64,000 nt of DNA from the human T2T-CHM13v2.0 reference genome, Homo sapiens. The DNA lies in assembly GCF_009914755.1 (NCBI RefSeq), contig NC_060925.1. One strand, written 5' to 3'. Position numbers and translations under genes: made by a program. Numbering within the stretch: the first letter of the stretch is position 1; each line of letters begins with the position of its first letter. Positions 12,617 to 28,108 of this stretch are shown piece by piece. The notes under the pieces were generated by a model. That model was not told the origin of the DNA, searched no databases, and worked only from the letters and a program-made list of their open reading frames with translations.

Positions 12617-14319
12617 CCTCATGCTCCCAAACTTCCACCCTGTCTCTGTTCTTCCTTGGGCCAGTCTTTTTGTCCATTCCTCCAATGACTCCATTCCTTG
12701 TCAAATTGAGTCCTAGTAACTTGCTTGTACATTTTCTTCGTGGAGGTCATGTCTTGACTCCTTCACCCTTTCACTTTTCCTCCCACTCAAGGGCAACAAC
12801 AAACCCCTCCTCACATCCCAGGTCAGCAGTTCCCACCTTCAGATCCTTTGAAGAATCAGCTTCTGCTCCAAGAAGTCTTTTTCTAGAAGATATTCCCAAT
12901 AAAGAGGACCTATTTCTAAGAAGGATTCTCCAACAGCTGCTAAGAAACCTGTCCCTGTTTCATCACATACATATAGCAGTGTGCCAGGCACAGAGAGGGA
13001 AATGCACCAGAGAAGCCTCCCCACCGGGTGGTGAAGCCCCGAGGGAAAGGACTTCCAAATCCCAACCTCTAGCACACAGTGGACCCTCAATTAGTATTTA
13101 TCAAACTGAATTGGACAAGTCCTTTCAACTAGATTTTCAGACTTTGGAGGATTAAGGTGGAAATGGGGAGGCTCAGGGAAGACTGATTTCATACTCTTAG
13201 GGTGAGAGAAAAGCGGTGCTGTTCTGTGGATTTTATTAGTGGAAATGAAATCACTGGTGAAAACTGCCAGTGTGGGCACTGTGGATACTGCTGGATCCAG
13301 AAAATATAGTAATCAACACTTGTACCCTAACTAGCTGGTCTATGGTAGGAATATACATGTGTTTTCCCCAATTTTTTTAAATTTTCCAGTGTGCTTCTGT
13401 TCCACAGGAAGTGAGACAGCCGGTTCAGAAACAAATTACCACTCTCAGCTAAACCCCCATTTCCCAAATCCCGAGCCTTCCTTTAACCTATTTATTTAAT
13501 TTCTCTTAACATATTTAAATCCATTGGAGGGAATTATGAGGGAGACAGATGAGATAGCTCACAAACATTTGTATGCACATTAAAATAAAGAAAATTAAAT
13601 GAAAAATTAATAGGGCAGACAGGTAACCATGTAATGTGATTTCACTTTGAAGCAATTTATTTTCATTCAAACTGTGATAAATAATCACCAAGTGATATAA
13701 TAATTACCCATTTCTTGGTGTCGAATGGGATGTGGAAATTATTCTCTGAAGTGAAAACATCCTATGGACTTTCAAAAAGGGAATGTCGCACATTCAATAA
13801 AGCTACAAACCATGACCCCAAAAGAAATTGAATTGGCCTGTTTGTATTCCCATCGCTATGTCTGAAAAGTATGTTCTCACCCTCTAAGGCAAACTTCCCT
13901 TTCTGTTTGATAAAGTCTTGTGATTTGCGACCACAAAAACTCTGAGGACTCCATAAATTTTGTGCTTTGGCACTCCCATGTGAGATCAAGCCCTGCAAAA
14001 GATGGCTGCTGAAGAAGGCAGAGTCTAAAGGTCACAGAACAGTTCCTCGTTTTGGTGGTTAGCAACAGTCATTTCTAAATGCCTTCTGGGCTTAAGAATA
14101 ATTGAATGCATTTTAAAATTAGGTCTTGTTCAGTTAAAAGCAAGACCCCATCTGTAAACACTCATCGGCACCCATTAGAAGGACCTTCCTTGCTGGAGCT
14201 CTTTATTGCCCATAAATACAAGGGCTGCCATTGCTTTAGGGCCCCCATGTGCTGGGTGCCCGCATGCATCATTTCATATCAGAAATACTGCTGACGAGAG
14301 ACGCCAGCAAACAAAGAGG

Positions 14320-14510
14320 CTGGTGGGAAAAAGCACTGGATTAAGAATGAGAAGACTTGGGTTCTAGTCTTGAATTGGCCCCCTACTATCGATGCAAACA
14401 TGAGGAGTTCATCAAAACATCTCTGTACTTCAGGTTCCTCATTTATGAAATGTCGATGATGATACATACCTGCTTCAACCCACTGGGAAACTATAAAATG
14501 TTGCACAAAT
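14320..14510 (+). mobile_element. MIR
   Basis: AAAAGCACTGGATTAAGAATGAGAAGACTTGGGTTCTAGTC...CATCTCTGTACTTCAGGTTCCTCAT. Confidence 0.7.
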
Positions 14511-14897
14511 TCACTTCAAATTCCTAAGTGTTTCATCAAATGCTGACTAAGGCTGTGCAAGGCACTTAGGAATAATGAGGAAAGTAAGAAAAAGTCCCCC
14601 CACTTCAAGAAACTATCCATGCAGCAGGAAAGAGAAACATGTATAAGCAACTCACTCCAAAAAGGCAATTCTGAGCCTCTCTGCCATTTGCTTAGTTCAC
14701 GTAACCAGCACTTTTCCTCTCCATTCAGTCATCCTCTTATTTATTCATTCATTTATTCAACAAAACTTCATTTAGCATTTATGATGGGCCTGGCACTGGG
14801 AATACAGAAATGGCTCACGTTAAATCCCTCAAGGAGCTTATGTTCTGGCAAAGAACATATCTTTGCAAAGAATTTTCCAACACATTTTAAAATATAG

Positions 14898-15037
14898 TGT
14901 TGTTGTTTTGGTTTTTTGTTTTTTGTTTTCCTTCCTTCCTTCCTTCCTTCCTTCCTTTTCTTTCTTCCTTCTTTTCTTTCTCTTTCTTTCTTTTCTTTCT
15001 TTCTTTCTTTCCTTTCTTCCTCTTTCTCTCTCTCTTT
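14898..15037. repeat. (TTG/TTCC/TTTC)n low-complexity tract derived from the AluJ tail
   Basis: Pyrimidine tetramer runs abutting the 3' end of the minus-strand AluJ. Confidence 0.85.
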
Positions 15038-15402
<365 letters not shown>

Positions 15403-15666
15403 TGAAGACCCAGAAAATGAAGTGACTTGCCAACCCCAGGGAGCTTTCAGCGATAGGGTTGCAACACTGAAATTGTGGCTTTATGACTTGGATCCCGTGC
15501 TCCTTCTCATACGTTGTAGATGTCTTCCAGGAGAGAGGCCAGCCTTGAACTAAGCCATCTTACTGAGACCATGACTCCACCTAAGTCTTATGAATTCTTT
15601 TCTCTATAGAGCTGAATCTATATTCTGTGCCTTCCATCACTGTTTAGGGCCCAGCTGAAATAAATT

Positions 15667-15817
15667 GCCTTCCCTCCCTCCCTCCTTCATCCCTCCCTCC
15701 CTCCCTCCCTCCTTCCTCCTTCCCTTTCTCCTTCCCTTCCTCTCTCCCTCCTTCCTTCCTCCTCCTTTCCTTCCTTCCTTCCTTGTTTCCTTTATTTTTT
15801 CTTTCTTTCCCTCCTTC
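15667..15817. repeat. (CCCT/CCTT)n simple repeat
   Basis: Near-pure pyrimidine tract. Confidence 0.9.
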
Positions 15818-16024
15818 TAAAGCATTTATTGAGCATCTACATCTACTATGTGCTGGGCATTATGCTGGGCCCTGAAGATTAAAGGGTGTTAATAACATAG
15901 TCCCAGCCTCCTGGAGCTTAATAGCTAGTAAAAAAAAACCCAGAAAAATAGCCAGATAATTTCAATATAGTGTGATAAGTGCTAGGACATAGAGATATGG
16001 GATGCAGTAAAAGTCTATAAAAAG

Positions 16025-16351
<327 letters not shown>

Positions 16352-16444
16352 CTAGCAGTCAGGGTGCCAGGGAGGGTTTCACAGAACAGCCAGAAAGAAA
16401 CCTGAAGAGCCTTTGGCCAGGCCAAAGGGAAGCTAGCATGTTTT

Positions 16445-16766
<322 letters not shown>

Positions 16767-17388
16767 TAGCATGTTTTAAACACAGGGAAAAAAATGGGCA
16801 AAACCTGGGAGGAAAATGAATGGGGAAATCTGAAGGACCCACAGTTTGTTCAGGGGGACTGGACAATGGACAGCAAGAGAAGTAGAGAGAAAGTTGCTGT
16901 GAGAGAGGAACTCATGAGTCTGGCTGCACACAGCACTGGTGAGAAATTGAGACTTCATTCTGAGAGCAAGGGGGAGCCCTGGCGGGATTTTCAGCAGAAG
17001 GTAAAACTCTCAGATTTGAGCTTTAGTAAAATAATTCTCACTACTCTTTTGAGAATGAGCCCAAACAGAGGAGACTGAAGCTGTAGGGAGGGCCCTGGTA
17101 ATGTCACAGGTGTGAGATGAGGGTGAAGTTGAACTAATGTAGTAGAGGTGGGGATAGACAGAATTGAGAGATACCACCCTTAGGGCTGGTTGTTACTTTC
17201 AGTGAGTGCTTGGATCCATACTGAATGAGCCTACTGGAAACCATATCATGAACAAAACTAACAATAGTGGATTTACTTACCAAGTGCTTCTGATGAAGCC
17301 AGGTACTCGACTAAGAACTTAAATATACTACCATATTTAGAAATGAAAACAACTTGATGATGGTGGCAAAGTTATTTTCTTTATTTCA

Positions 17389-17510
17389 CAAATGCAGATT
17401 CCTAAGACCCATTGGAACCTTACTAAACCCACATCTTCAGAGATGGTGCCCGGGAATATGCATTTGAGAACCAGTGCTCTCAATGTGCACTAAGTTTTTA
17501 TTGCCACTGC
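17389..17510. mobile_element. MER5-family MITE fragment
   Basis: AAATGCAGATTCC...GGTGCCCGGGAATATGCATTT...CCACTG. Confidence 0.55.
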
Positions 17511-18176
17511 TATGAGCTCCAAAGCAAATGACATTTTTATTCTGGGGAATGGCTTCAATTAATTAAAAAAATTTCAATTCCAAAAATAACAATTTCAATT
17601 AACCTGTGCTGCCTTATGCTTAATGACATACAGATGCCCCAAATAGTATGGAATACTCCAGTGACAAGTACACGTAAAACACTGAGCTGAGAATGAGACT
17701 GACAGCACTCTTAAGTAGAGATACTAGTTTAGAGAGAGGTGTCTTTTGGGGCCTCAAATGGAATAGTCTTGAGATGCAGAGAACAGTCTGGTTGAAAGAA
17801 GATGACACACTCAAGATTCAAAGGCAACTCAGGCATTGGAAAGTACCTGAAATACCTTCAAGTCTGAAGATTTTCAAACTGTGTTCCAGACACCACCGAG
17901 CTTCCTTAAATGTTATTAAAAAACAAGGTGGAACCTAAACTTTTAGTGTTGGGGCTTTCCTCACCCAAGTAATTCAGCCTTTTAACTGCTTCACATATGG
18001 GGTTTGATCTAGAATTCTCTTTGAAGAAAGGGGACAGGAGATTTGGAGAGAAATAAATGAAAGGAATTTATGCAGTCACCAGGTCTAACACATGTTTTGT
18101 GAGCATATGCATACCAGGTGGGCTCAGTGTGAGGCATGAAAGAACTAACGTGAATAGGGTCAGGCCTCTGCCTGCA

Positions 18177-18662
18177 TCTGTTAAGAATCTTTGGGTGCAA
18201 GCAACAGAAACCAGCACCAACAGACTTAAACAAGTAGCAGGATTTGCTAGATCACTCAGGGTAGCTCTAGAATGGATCAGAGAATTGAATAATCGGACTT
18301 CAGGCAAGAAAGAGCCAGGAGGCTCTAGGGATCTTGGTGAGGAGAACTAATGGATCAACTCCGTAAGCCTGTCAGCAGAATGACTTTGCTCTAGCCCAGG
18401 TGTCATTCCTCTCAAAAACCAAACACTCTTTGTATTTTTAGTAGCCTAAAAAAAGCTAGAGTCTGATTTGTCCAGCTTGCATCATACTCACGTGGGCCAA
18501 GGGCGTAAGGCTATGGATGGGCTGATGGCAAGGAAGGATGAGTTACACTCCCAGCCAAAGCACACGGCAAGAAGTGGGGTACTTCTCCAATGGCAAAGGG
18601 GGTATAGTAAACAAAGTGAGGTGGAATGGAAGCTGAATAAGCAAAAAGAGCAGCTGCCTACT
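18177..18662 (-). mobile_element. Old MLT1 (K/L-like) LTR
   Basis: GTTAAGAATCTTTGGGTGCAAGCAACAGAAACC terminus. Confidence 0.55.
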
Positions 18663-18689
18663 AGATCTCCTGCAGAGAAGGGGAGGTTT

Positions 18690-19185
18690 TGGAGATAAAT
18701 ATTTTTTGATCTGCCCACCACTGCCCCCACTCCATGTCTGAAGCCTTCTCCCTAGTAATCCTTCTCTCCTACACTGTGATATGTGATATGAATAGATGCT
18801 CATATGTTCTTACAGGTTTACCCAACCTGGTCATGGTTGATTGGTCCTGGTCCAGGGATGGCCCATTCTGGGCCAATCAGGGACTCTCCCTAGAACTTTA
18901 AAACTTACAGTTGTGTCCTTAAGGATTGTTGGTAGCCATTCTTCTCCACATTCAGGAAGCTGACCACAGAATATTAAGACACAGAGTCAGGGAGAATTGT
19001 GGCTTTATTTGAGCCCTTAATTCTAATTGTCCCTGAAGCCAAACTACACACAGTGGCCCTTGTCACAATGGCATAAAGCAATCTAATATTTTCAAAAAAC
19101 AAATAAGCAAAACACAATACTTTTTTTTTACCTTAGTTCAAAGTGGGATTCTGTCATTTTCAACTAAAAGTGTCTTCACCAATAA
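18690..19185 (+). mobile_element. Old MLT1 LTR
   Basis: GGGCCAATCAGGGACTCTCCC; terminus GTGGGATTCTGTCATTTTCAACTAAAAGTGTC. Confidence 0.55.
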
Positions 19186-19284
19186 TAAGTGAACAAAAAG
19201 CTGAACATCAAGGTCATGTGTAGCAAATGCTATCAGAATGATATGATTGATGTTAAGGAAAAACTAACTGATAATTCTAACAGC

Positions 19285-19500
19285 TCTTATTTACTGAGCA
19301 CCTAGCTTGAGTCAACCAGGCTAGGTATCTGACATACATTATTTGATTTACTTTTTGTGTCAGCCCTGCAAGGACATCTTTACCTCCATCTCACAAGAAG
19401 AAATTGAGGCCAGAGAAGTTAAAACACTCACACATTATTGTCCAGCTAGGTGATAGCAAAACCTGGATTCAAATCTGATCCTAGAACACACTCTCTTTGT
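19285..19500 (-). mobile_element. MIR
   Basis: GAAATTGAGGCCAGAGAAGTTAA...GGATTCAAATC. Confidence 0.65.
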
Positions 19501-20144
19501 CCTGCAGCCAGAAAGCAGAGAGGCACTCTTTATCCTTTGCAACAATGGGCAGGTCCCCCATGAGCTTATCAAGAACTACAATCAAGTTGCATCTCTGCTA
19601 ACTTAGAATATAAAATCTTTCTGGTTTGTTTTTGCTGAGTCTAGACTTCATGTTAGTTATCACTTCATTATAGCCCATTATTATTTAGGAAGTTGCTGGG
19701 GAGTTAAGTTTGCAAACATATTTCAATAGTACCTCAACTCCTCAGGCCACCAGACTGTTGCATTTCTCACAGTGTGCAGTTTTTACAACTCTCTTTTCTT
19801 CATTAGGGTAAGAATTTATAAGCCTGACACCTTGGCCAGGGAATTGTGCATCACTATTTCTGAGTTAGGGCCCTTCTGGGAGGGTGGTGTGTGCAGCAGA
19901 ATGCTTTCTTTGTGCAGTGGGTGGAGGTGTATGTTATTTGTAGTCAAGACCATATCAATACAAATAGCACAAGTCTCTGCAAATTCAGATGGCACCCTAG
20001 CGTAGGAGAAACAGTGTGTCTGAAGTCAAGAGAAGCTAGAATTTCTTCCAGACTCTGCTTCCACATAGCTGTGTAATCTCAGGCAAGTTACTTCTCCTCT
20101 CTGGGCCATATCTGGCCACAAATCAAATAAGAATGTTGTTCTAG

Positions 20145-20442
20145 ATCATTCTGTCCCATTGAACCTTCTCCATGAAATGCTAGAGCAGCACAAGATGTTC
20201 TGTGAAAAAGGATTTTGGGAATCAAGTAAACTTGAGAAAAGCCACATTAAAGCTAAATTGATTTCATTACTGAGTTTTCTAGAGCCTTGAATATGCTATT
20301 TGCTCATGATCCCTCTGCAATACAGAATGCAGTATTGTCCAGATTATTTTTTAATAAAGGGATTTGATATTTTTTCCAAGAGCAACTTTTAGCATTCCAC
20401 AGCACATGGTGTTTACTTGGAACACATTTTGGGAAACGTTGG
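20145..20442. mobile_element. MER103C-like hAT MITE
   Basis: AGAGCCTTGAATATGCT; terminal GGAACACATTTTGGGAAACGTTG. Confidence 0.7.
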
Positions 20443-20539
20443 ATCAGAGAATGAGGAAATGTCTTTCTCTGTTCTTTTTCTTTGTACCACAGTAAGTCCT
20501 GTTCTCATATCACTGCGCCTGCTGCTCTTATCTGAGTTC

Positions 20540-21260
20540 TATCTCTTTTGTTCCATCCTAGATCTATCCACTTGTCTCCACTTCCTCTGTGGCTGCCCTA
20601 ATACAAGCCACAACTATCAATATCATTCTCTCTCTCTCTCAGCTCTGAACTGCCCTCCATGGTTCCCTTCTTGCTCTTACTATAATCCTTTCTCCACAAA
20701 GTAGCCAGAAGTTTAGTTTTTAGGAAGTTGTACCAGTTCCTTGATGGCTTAAGATGCTACAGTAATGATCTACTGCACTTAGATTAAATCCAAAAGCCTT
20801 ATAATGGCCTCCAAGGCCTTACACAAACCTCGACCTACACCATCCGTCTAACTCTGTCATGTCACTTGCACCCTTTCTCCCTATCCCCCAGTGGCAATGC
20901 CTTGGCACCTACTATTTCCTCTGTCCAGCATTCTCCACCCTCAGGCCCTCATGTCACTGTCACCCTGCAGGTTTCAGCTCAGGCATCATCTCCTTAAGAA
21001 GCCTGTCCCTGACCACTCCAACTGGAGGAGCCCCTCCAATCCCCACTCACCCTTTTACTCATTCCAGTTGGAAAGTATTTCCTCACATATATGTTAACTT
21101 ATTTATTGCCTCCCTCCTGTTCTGAAGAATGAAAGTTCCTTAAGAGCAATGACCTTGTTTGCCTTGTTCAGGGCCATATGCAAAGAATCTATAACAGTGC
21201 CAAGTATAAAATAGGCATTCAATAAATACATTTTTGAATTAATAACTGCATGAATAGATG
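20540..21260 (+). mobile_element. L2
   Basis: L2 3' region ending ATAGGCATTCAATAAATACATTTTTGAATTAAT. Confidence 0.7.
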
Positions 21261-22797
21261 TTTTCCCAATTAAACTATTAGTTCTTTGAAAGCAGAGACT
21301 ATGTTTTATACTCTTTCAACTCCCAGCTGTGTAATCCCAAACCTGAGACTATTTTCTCTCCAGTAAAATGGAGACAATGATAGGCACCTCAAAGATGCAT
21401 ATCAAAGATTAAATGAAACTTTCAATATGTTTCTAGCAAAAAATGCCTGGCACATAAAGCACATGGATGATAGTTTGATTTCTGTGTCACTCTTCATGGA
21501 AACCATAGGTCCTAATTCAGTGCTCAGCACATAGTAGGCACTCAATACATGTTTCCTAAATGAATGATGAATGAAAATGTCATGAACAATTTTCTAAAAA
21601 TCCTTCAGCCAGGCATATTTTATGAAGCACCACATACATGCTCCTAAAGTACATGATCCTGTCAAGTGGGTGGTGTGATGTAAATATGATGCCCCACGCA
21701 GAAAATGGAAGCCTCTGGAAGGCTGTGGGGACACTCTTCCCTGAAGATTTTAAAGATAAAGAAAAGCCACAGCTCTGAGACACAATGCTTCCTGTGAGAA
21801 GATGAATGGATAGAATGTTGACTGAATTCTTGTTAAGTGGCACTCACCATGTTGGGCATAGAAGATGAGTAAGACACATATGTTTTCTGTCCTTACAGAC
21901 CCTGCAGCCCAGTGGGAGAAACAGACAAACATGCAATTATAGAGCAGAAGGGTGAGGGCTGCAAAAGGATCGTGGCACAGAGGAGGGTGCCAGAAACAGG
22001 CACAAGAAGTCAGGAAATGCTTCCTGGAAGACATGATGCCCAGACTGAGTGGAGAATGAGGAGGATTTTGCAAGGAGATGAGATGATGGGCAGGATTCTG
22101 GCCAGACAGGACCGAGCTGTTGATTGGTTGGAGGGTGCGTGGGAGAGGGACATGTTAAAGATGGTACCAAGGATTCTGGTTTGGGCAACCTGGTGGCTCG
22201 TGATGCCCAGGTGAATGGTGTCCTTCCCGAATTCCTCCACTGACTGACACAGGCCTGTATCATTTGCCATTAGCAAACTTCGGATTCCTCCAAGTTCCAG
22301 CTTTTCAGCTGCATCTTCCACTCTGCCATCATAAAAGTATCTGTTGTCAAAAGCTGAAGCACAAATGGCAAAAAAAACTTCTGTGTAATGAGAGTGTGTG
22401 TATGAGTGTGGGCATGTGTTTGTGTACTGGAATCCCTGGAGGGTTTTTGTAAACGAAGAGCTAACTTCAATGACCCTATTGTGGTAATTAACACACTCCC
22501 TAAGCAGACTGTGCTGCTGCAGGAAAGATAAGGGGAGCTCAAATAGGGGCAGATTTGATGCCAGGAAATTTGTGCAGTGTTTGGAAAGTATAGAAGGTCC
22601 TTGAAGTACGGGGAGCATCTGCAGAGAGGAAGGCTGTTTTCAGTAGGAGTTTTGTGTACAGCTCTGGAGCTCACAAAGCACTTTCACAATCATGATTTTA
22701 TTTAATCTCCCAAGCATTATAACTGTTCTTGATGAAAATATTTGAATAATATAGGAAGGTGCCCCCCCAAAGTGAGAGACACAAGATTGCTCTCTTA

Positions 22798-23119
<322 letters not shown>

Positions 23120-23357
23120 AAGTTAATTTCCACATCATCATTAATGATAGGTAACCATATGTAGAGCCTCCTGAAGGAGAAAGAAATGGCTTCCTATCCA
23201 TTCTCATCCATATGCAGGAAGGAGGATTATCTAGTCCCGAACAAAAAAATGTTGGCAATGACCCTTTGGATAACATTGAGAGAGATAGGTAGACATAACC
23301 AACCCTGCATTCCAGTCTCATTGCCAGGACATCCCTAACATGGAGATGGATGTACAA

Positions 23358-23551
23358 CAGGGGTCATCAAACTATGGCCCAGAGGCCAAATCTGGCTTCC
23401 TGTAAAGTTTTATTGGAATACTGTTATGCCCATTTATTTAAGTAGTGTCTATGGCTGCTTGTACAAAACAATGGCAAAGTAGAGTAACTGCAACAGAGAC
23501 TATAAAGCCACAAAGTGTAAAACACATACTATTGATCCTTTGCTGACCCTG
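23358..23551. mobile_element. MER58A
   Basis: CAGGGGTCATCAAACTATGGCCC...TTTGCTGACCCTG; degenerate 8-bp TSD ATGTACAA/ACGTAGAA. Confidence 0.85.
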
Positions 23552-23641
23552 ACGTAGAACATTTTACAGCAGCAGACACTGCAAAGACTCTGCCAACACC
23601 TGCCCTTAATCCTCTTCTCCCTCGTCATCCCCTACAATAAG

Positions 23642-23768
23642 CAAGGCTGATATTCAATCAGTGTGTATTGTTACAACTGTGCCAGTTGCTCATGGTTGGC
23701 ATCCACTGTGATTGGATTATGTCTGTGCCCCGCCCATCATTTGTTAAAAAAAATTAATGTCACTCCAG
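23642..23768. mobile_element. MER53 hAT MITE
   Basis: CAAGGCTGATATTCA...TGATTGG...TTGTTAAAAAAATTAATGTCACTCCAG. Confidence 0.6.
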
Positions 23769-23789
23769 TGATAGAAGCTAGAAAGTTAA

Positions 23790-24899
<1,110 letters not shown>

Positions 24900-26767
24900 A
24901 AATTACTCAGTTTGTCAACCTGCCTTGAAGTTAACTGTGGCCAGGTGACACAGTTTTAAATAATTAAATGGAAGTAGAAGTCTGCTGAAAAAATTCTAAG
25001 AAAGCTTTAGCTTTAGCTTTTTCTCCTTCTTCCTTCCTGGAAAGTAATACAATGCCTGGCACTGAGGCAACCACTTTGTGAATAAGAAGTAGAATGATAG
25101 AAAGAGGCTATGTTCCTGGAAGCATCTTTGAACAATTAAACCAATGCTAACAACTGCCTATATCTGGACTTCTTCTTAGGTGAGGAAAAGAAAAGCACTA
25201 TTTGTTTAAGCCACTATAAATTGGGAGTTTATGATTTGTTGCTACACACATTCCTAATTGATACAGTAGCCAAGGGCCTTAAGTATTCCAGGATCTGCTA
25301 GCAAATCCATCCATATAGTGAATGGCCTCATCAAGTGCTTCCAATATACATCAGACTCATCTAACTTCCTTGATCTTCTTCAATGTTTGCCATGTATCTT
25401 TTAAATAGGATTTGCCTGATGAGTGGACTGTGAGTCAGAGATAGCAATTCTAGTCCTGGTTCCACCACTGACTGGCTCTCTGTCCCTGAGCATTCCTCTT
25501 GCTCTCTCTAGATTTTCCATTTCTTCCTCTGTAAAATAAAGAAGCTAGACTTCAATCTCTATTCTTTCTTCCTAGTTTTTCACTCTATAATTCAGTTCTT
25601 TAATTCTGAAACATCATGAAAAAAGAATAAGGTAACAGCTGCAAGCAAGCATTAAAACATAAGCTTGCTAGCTGCCAGGGCAAAAAAGAAAATAATGATG
25701 ACATAACTCATTTTTTGATTAAAAAATACAAGTTACACAAGGGATGGTTCTTATTGGCACAAAATCCTAAATGACTTTATAAAGAACACAAAGGACAACC
25801 TAACAGGTATTGTCTTTGCGAGTGGACTTCTAAGCCTTCTTTTCAGAAAGCCCAAAAAGAGCAGTGTCAATGCTGGCATACTCATTTGCTCCTCAAAAAT
25901 GCTCTGTTCATCTATTGGTGAATATTAATAGCTCATATGTTACAGTATTGTTTCTGCCACTCACACAAAAATGATGAGTATCATTTACTAAGCAATCTCA
26001 GCAACTAATGCACACCGGATATTTCTATTTGCCTCTCCCAAAGCTCAGAGGCTTCCCTGCCTACCAAAAGAAACGTGTTGCCTGTACTAGTAAGTTACTT
26101 ATGCATGCCCAGTACTTTATAATTAACAGTGTCTTACTCTAGTTTGCATTTGTTCTTCAGGACAATATGTGAAAGAGGCAGAATCAGAATAATTATTCCA
26201 TGTTGCAGATGATAAACAGTCTCAAAAAGCTTAAGTGATATGATATGGTTGCCCATATTAGGTTCAGGACTGACCTAATTCCATCTGACTCCATGCCTGA
26301 AGCTCCTGCAGCAAACACTGCCACCTCTTTCCACACCAGGTATTGCTCATGTCCAAATCCTGGCACTTCCATCAGGGACCTCTTTCCCAAATGATCTGAC
26401 GCTTCATTGCGTGGCTTCAAACCAGCAGCTTTGATTCCACTGTCTTTCTGTTTCTACCGCTGTCACACAGAATCAATGAAGCATCAACATATTATCCCAA
26501 ATATATAGTCCTGAAGGCAAGTTTGATGCCTTATGGTAGCCTTGTTATGGCTGATTTTTAAAAATTAAGATTAGAAACGGGAAAATGAAACAAGTAAAAG
26601 ATATGAATTGAGTCAATAAAGGATAGCCATGCTTCACTGTGTGCTTCAACATCTGAGGCTGACCCTAAAGACCAGATATCATGCTTTGTTTTTTTTTTTA
26701 TATTTTTTTTAATATTTTTTTTCTGGGCCAGGTGGGGGTACAGACATTGCTCTTTCTTGGGGCGGGG

Positions 26768-27056
26768 GACAAGATCTCACTCTGTCACCCAGGCTAGAGT
26801 GCTGCAGTGGTGCAATCATGGCTCACTATAGCCTCGACTTCCCAGGCTCAAGTGATCTCCTACCTCAGCCTCCTGAGTAGCTGGGATCACAGACATGTGC
26901 CACCATGCCTGCTAACTTATTATTTTTTTAATGTTTTGTAGAGACAATGTCTCCTTACATTGCCCAGGCTGGTCTTGAACTCCTGGGCTCAAGCAATCCT
27001 CTTGGCTTGGCCTTCCAAAGTGCTAGAATTACAGGAGTGGGCCACCGCACCAGGTC
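26768..27056 (-). mobile_element. AluJ lacking an adjacent A tail
   Basis: ATCATGGCTCACTATAGCCTCGAC and CCTGGGCTCAAG J diagnostics. Confidence 0.9.
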
Positions 27057-27249
27057 AGGCCTTGTTCTTGTCTTCTAGGTCAGTGTTCTCAGACTCCCTC
27101 ATTCACTCACTCACTCACTCATTCAGCAACACAGGAGTAGAGATGACCCAGACATTTGTTAGAATAGGCTATAGCGCATTCAGCTTAAGAGCAAAGACTT
27201 GGGAGGTGGAGTTAAAACCATCTCTCTATGCTTTGACTTCCTCATCTTT

Positions 27250-27313
27250 AATAATAATCATACTAGATAATACTTATAGGAGATAACTACATGATGCCAG
27301 GCACTATTCTAAG

Positions 27314-27386
<73 letters not shown>

Positions 27387-27730
27387 AAATACATATATAT
27401 ACATATATATAAAATACATATATATATATACATATATATATAAAATACTATATATATATACATATATATATATAAAATACATATATATATAAAGATCCTG
27501 TAGCAATACATATGAGTGTACATATATATACATATATATATCCTCATAAACTCATTTAATCCTCATAACCACAAATGAAGTAGGAACTATTTTTATCCTC
27601 TTTTTACAGACAAGAAAACTGAGGCACCAACAGGTAAAGAAAAATTGACAAAGACCACATACCTCGGAAATAGCAGTGCTGGGCAGTACAGCTCCAGAAC
27701 CCATGCTCATAACCACTACACAATACAGCC
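27250..27730 (-). mobile_element. MIR interrupted by a microsatellite
   Basis: TGCCAGGCACTATTCTAAG...CTCATTTAATCCTCATAAC...GAAAACTGAGGCAC. Confidence 0.8.
27316..27541. repeat. Compound (TA)n(CA)n plus ~27-bp TATATAAAATACATATATATACA higher-order repeat
   Basis: Directly visible. Confidence 0.95.
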
Positions 27731-27737
27731 TACACAC

Positions 27738-27868
27738 CAGTGCTGTCCAATCGAACTTTCTGCTCTGATGGAAATGTTCCATCCAGTAAGCTAGCCACTA
27801 GGCACATGTGACTAGTTCAATACTAGCCATTAGCCATACATAGCTATCAAGCTCTTGATAGTACCATC
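27738..27868. mobile_element. MER3 hAT MITE
   Basis: CAGTGCTGTCCAATCGAACTTTCTGCTCTGATGGAAATGTTC...TAGCCACTAGGCACATGTG. Confidence 0.8.
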
Positions 27869-28004
27869 AAACAGCTAAATTTCTTATAACCTTTTATACA
27901 CTTGTGCAGTAGATGTTTGCAAACTGCTCAGCACAATACCTGGCATTTAATAGGCACTCAATCTATGTGAACTACTATTTTAATAGTAGCAAGCATTGAA
28001 CAAA

Positions 28005-28070
28005 TATTTATCTGCAATCTCTTGTCTGAATTATAAAATCCAAAGAGCTCTGAAAATCAAATATTGTGTG

Positions 28071-28108
<38 letters not shown>

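Noticed and set aside
12568-13155. 195-aa plus-strand ORF
   Set aside because: Starts at a non-ATG codon inside a MER96B-like repeat, is Ser/Pro/Leu-rich and has no recognisable domain; consistent with a chance ORF.
22010-22618. 202-aa minus-strand ORF
   Set aside because: Spans L2 relic and TG-rich sequence; no recognisable homology.
27309-27547. Tyr/Ile-rich ORFs
   Set aside because: Translations of the (TA)n microsatellite.
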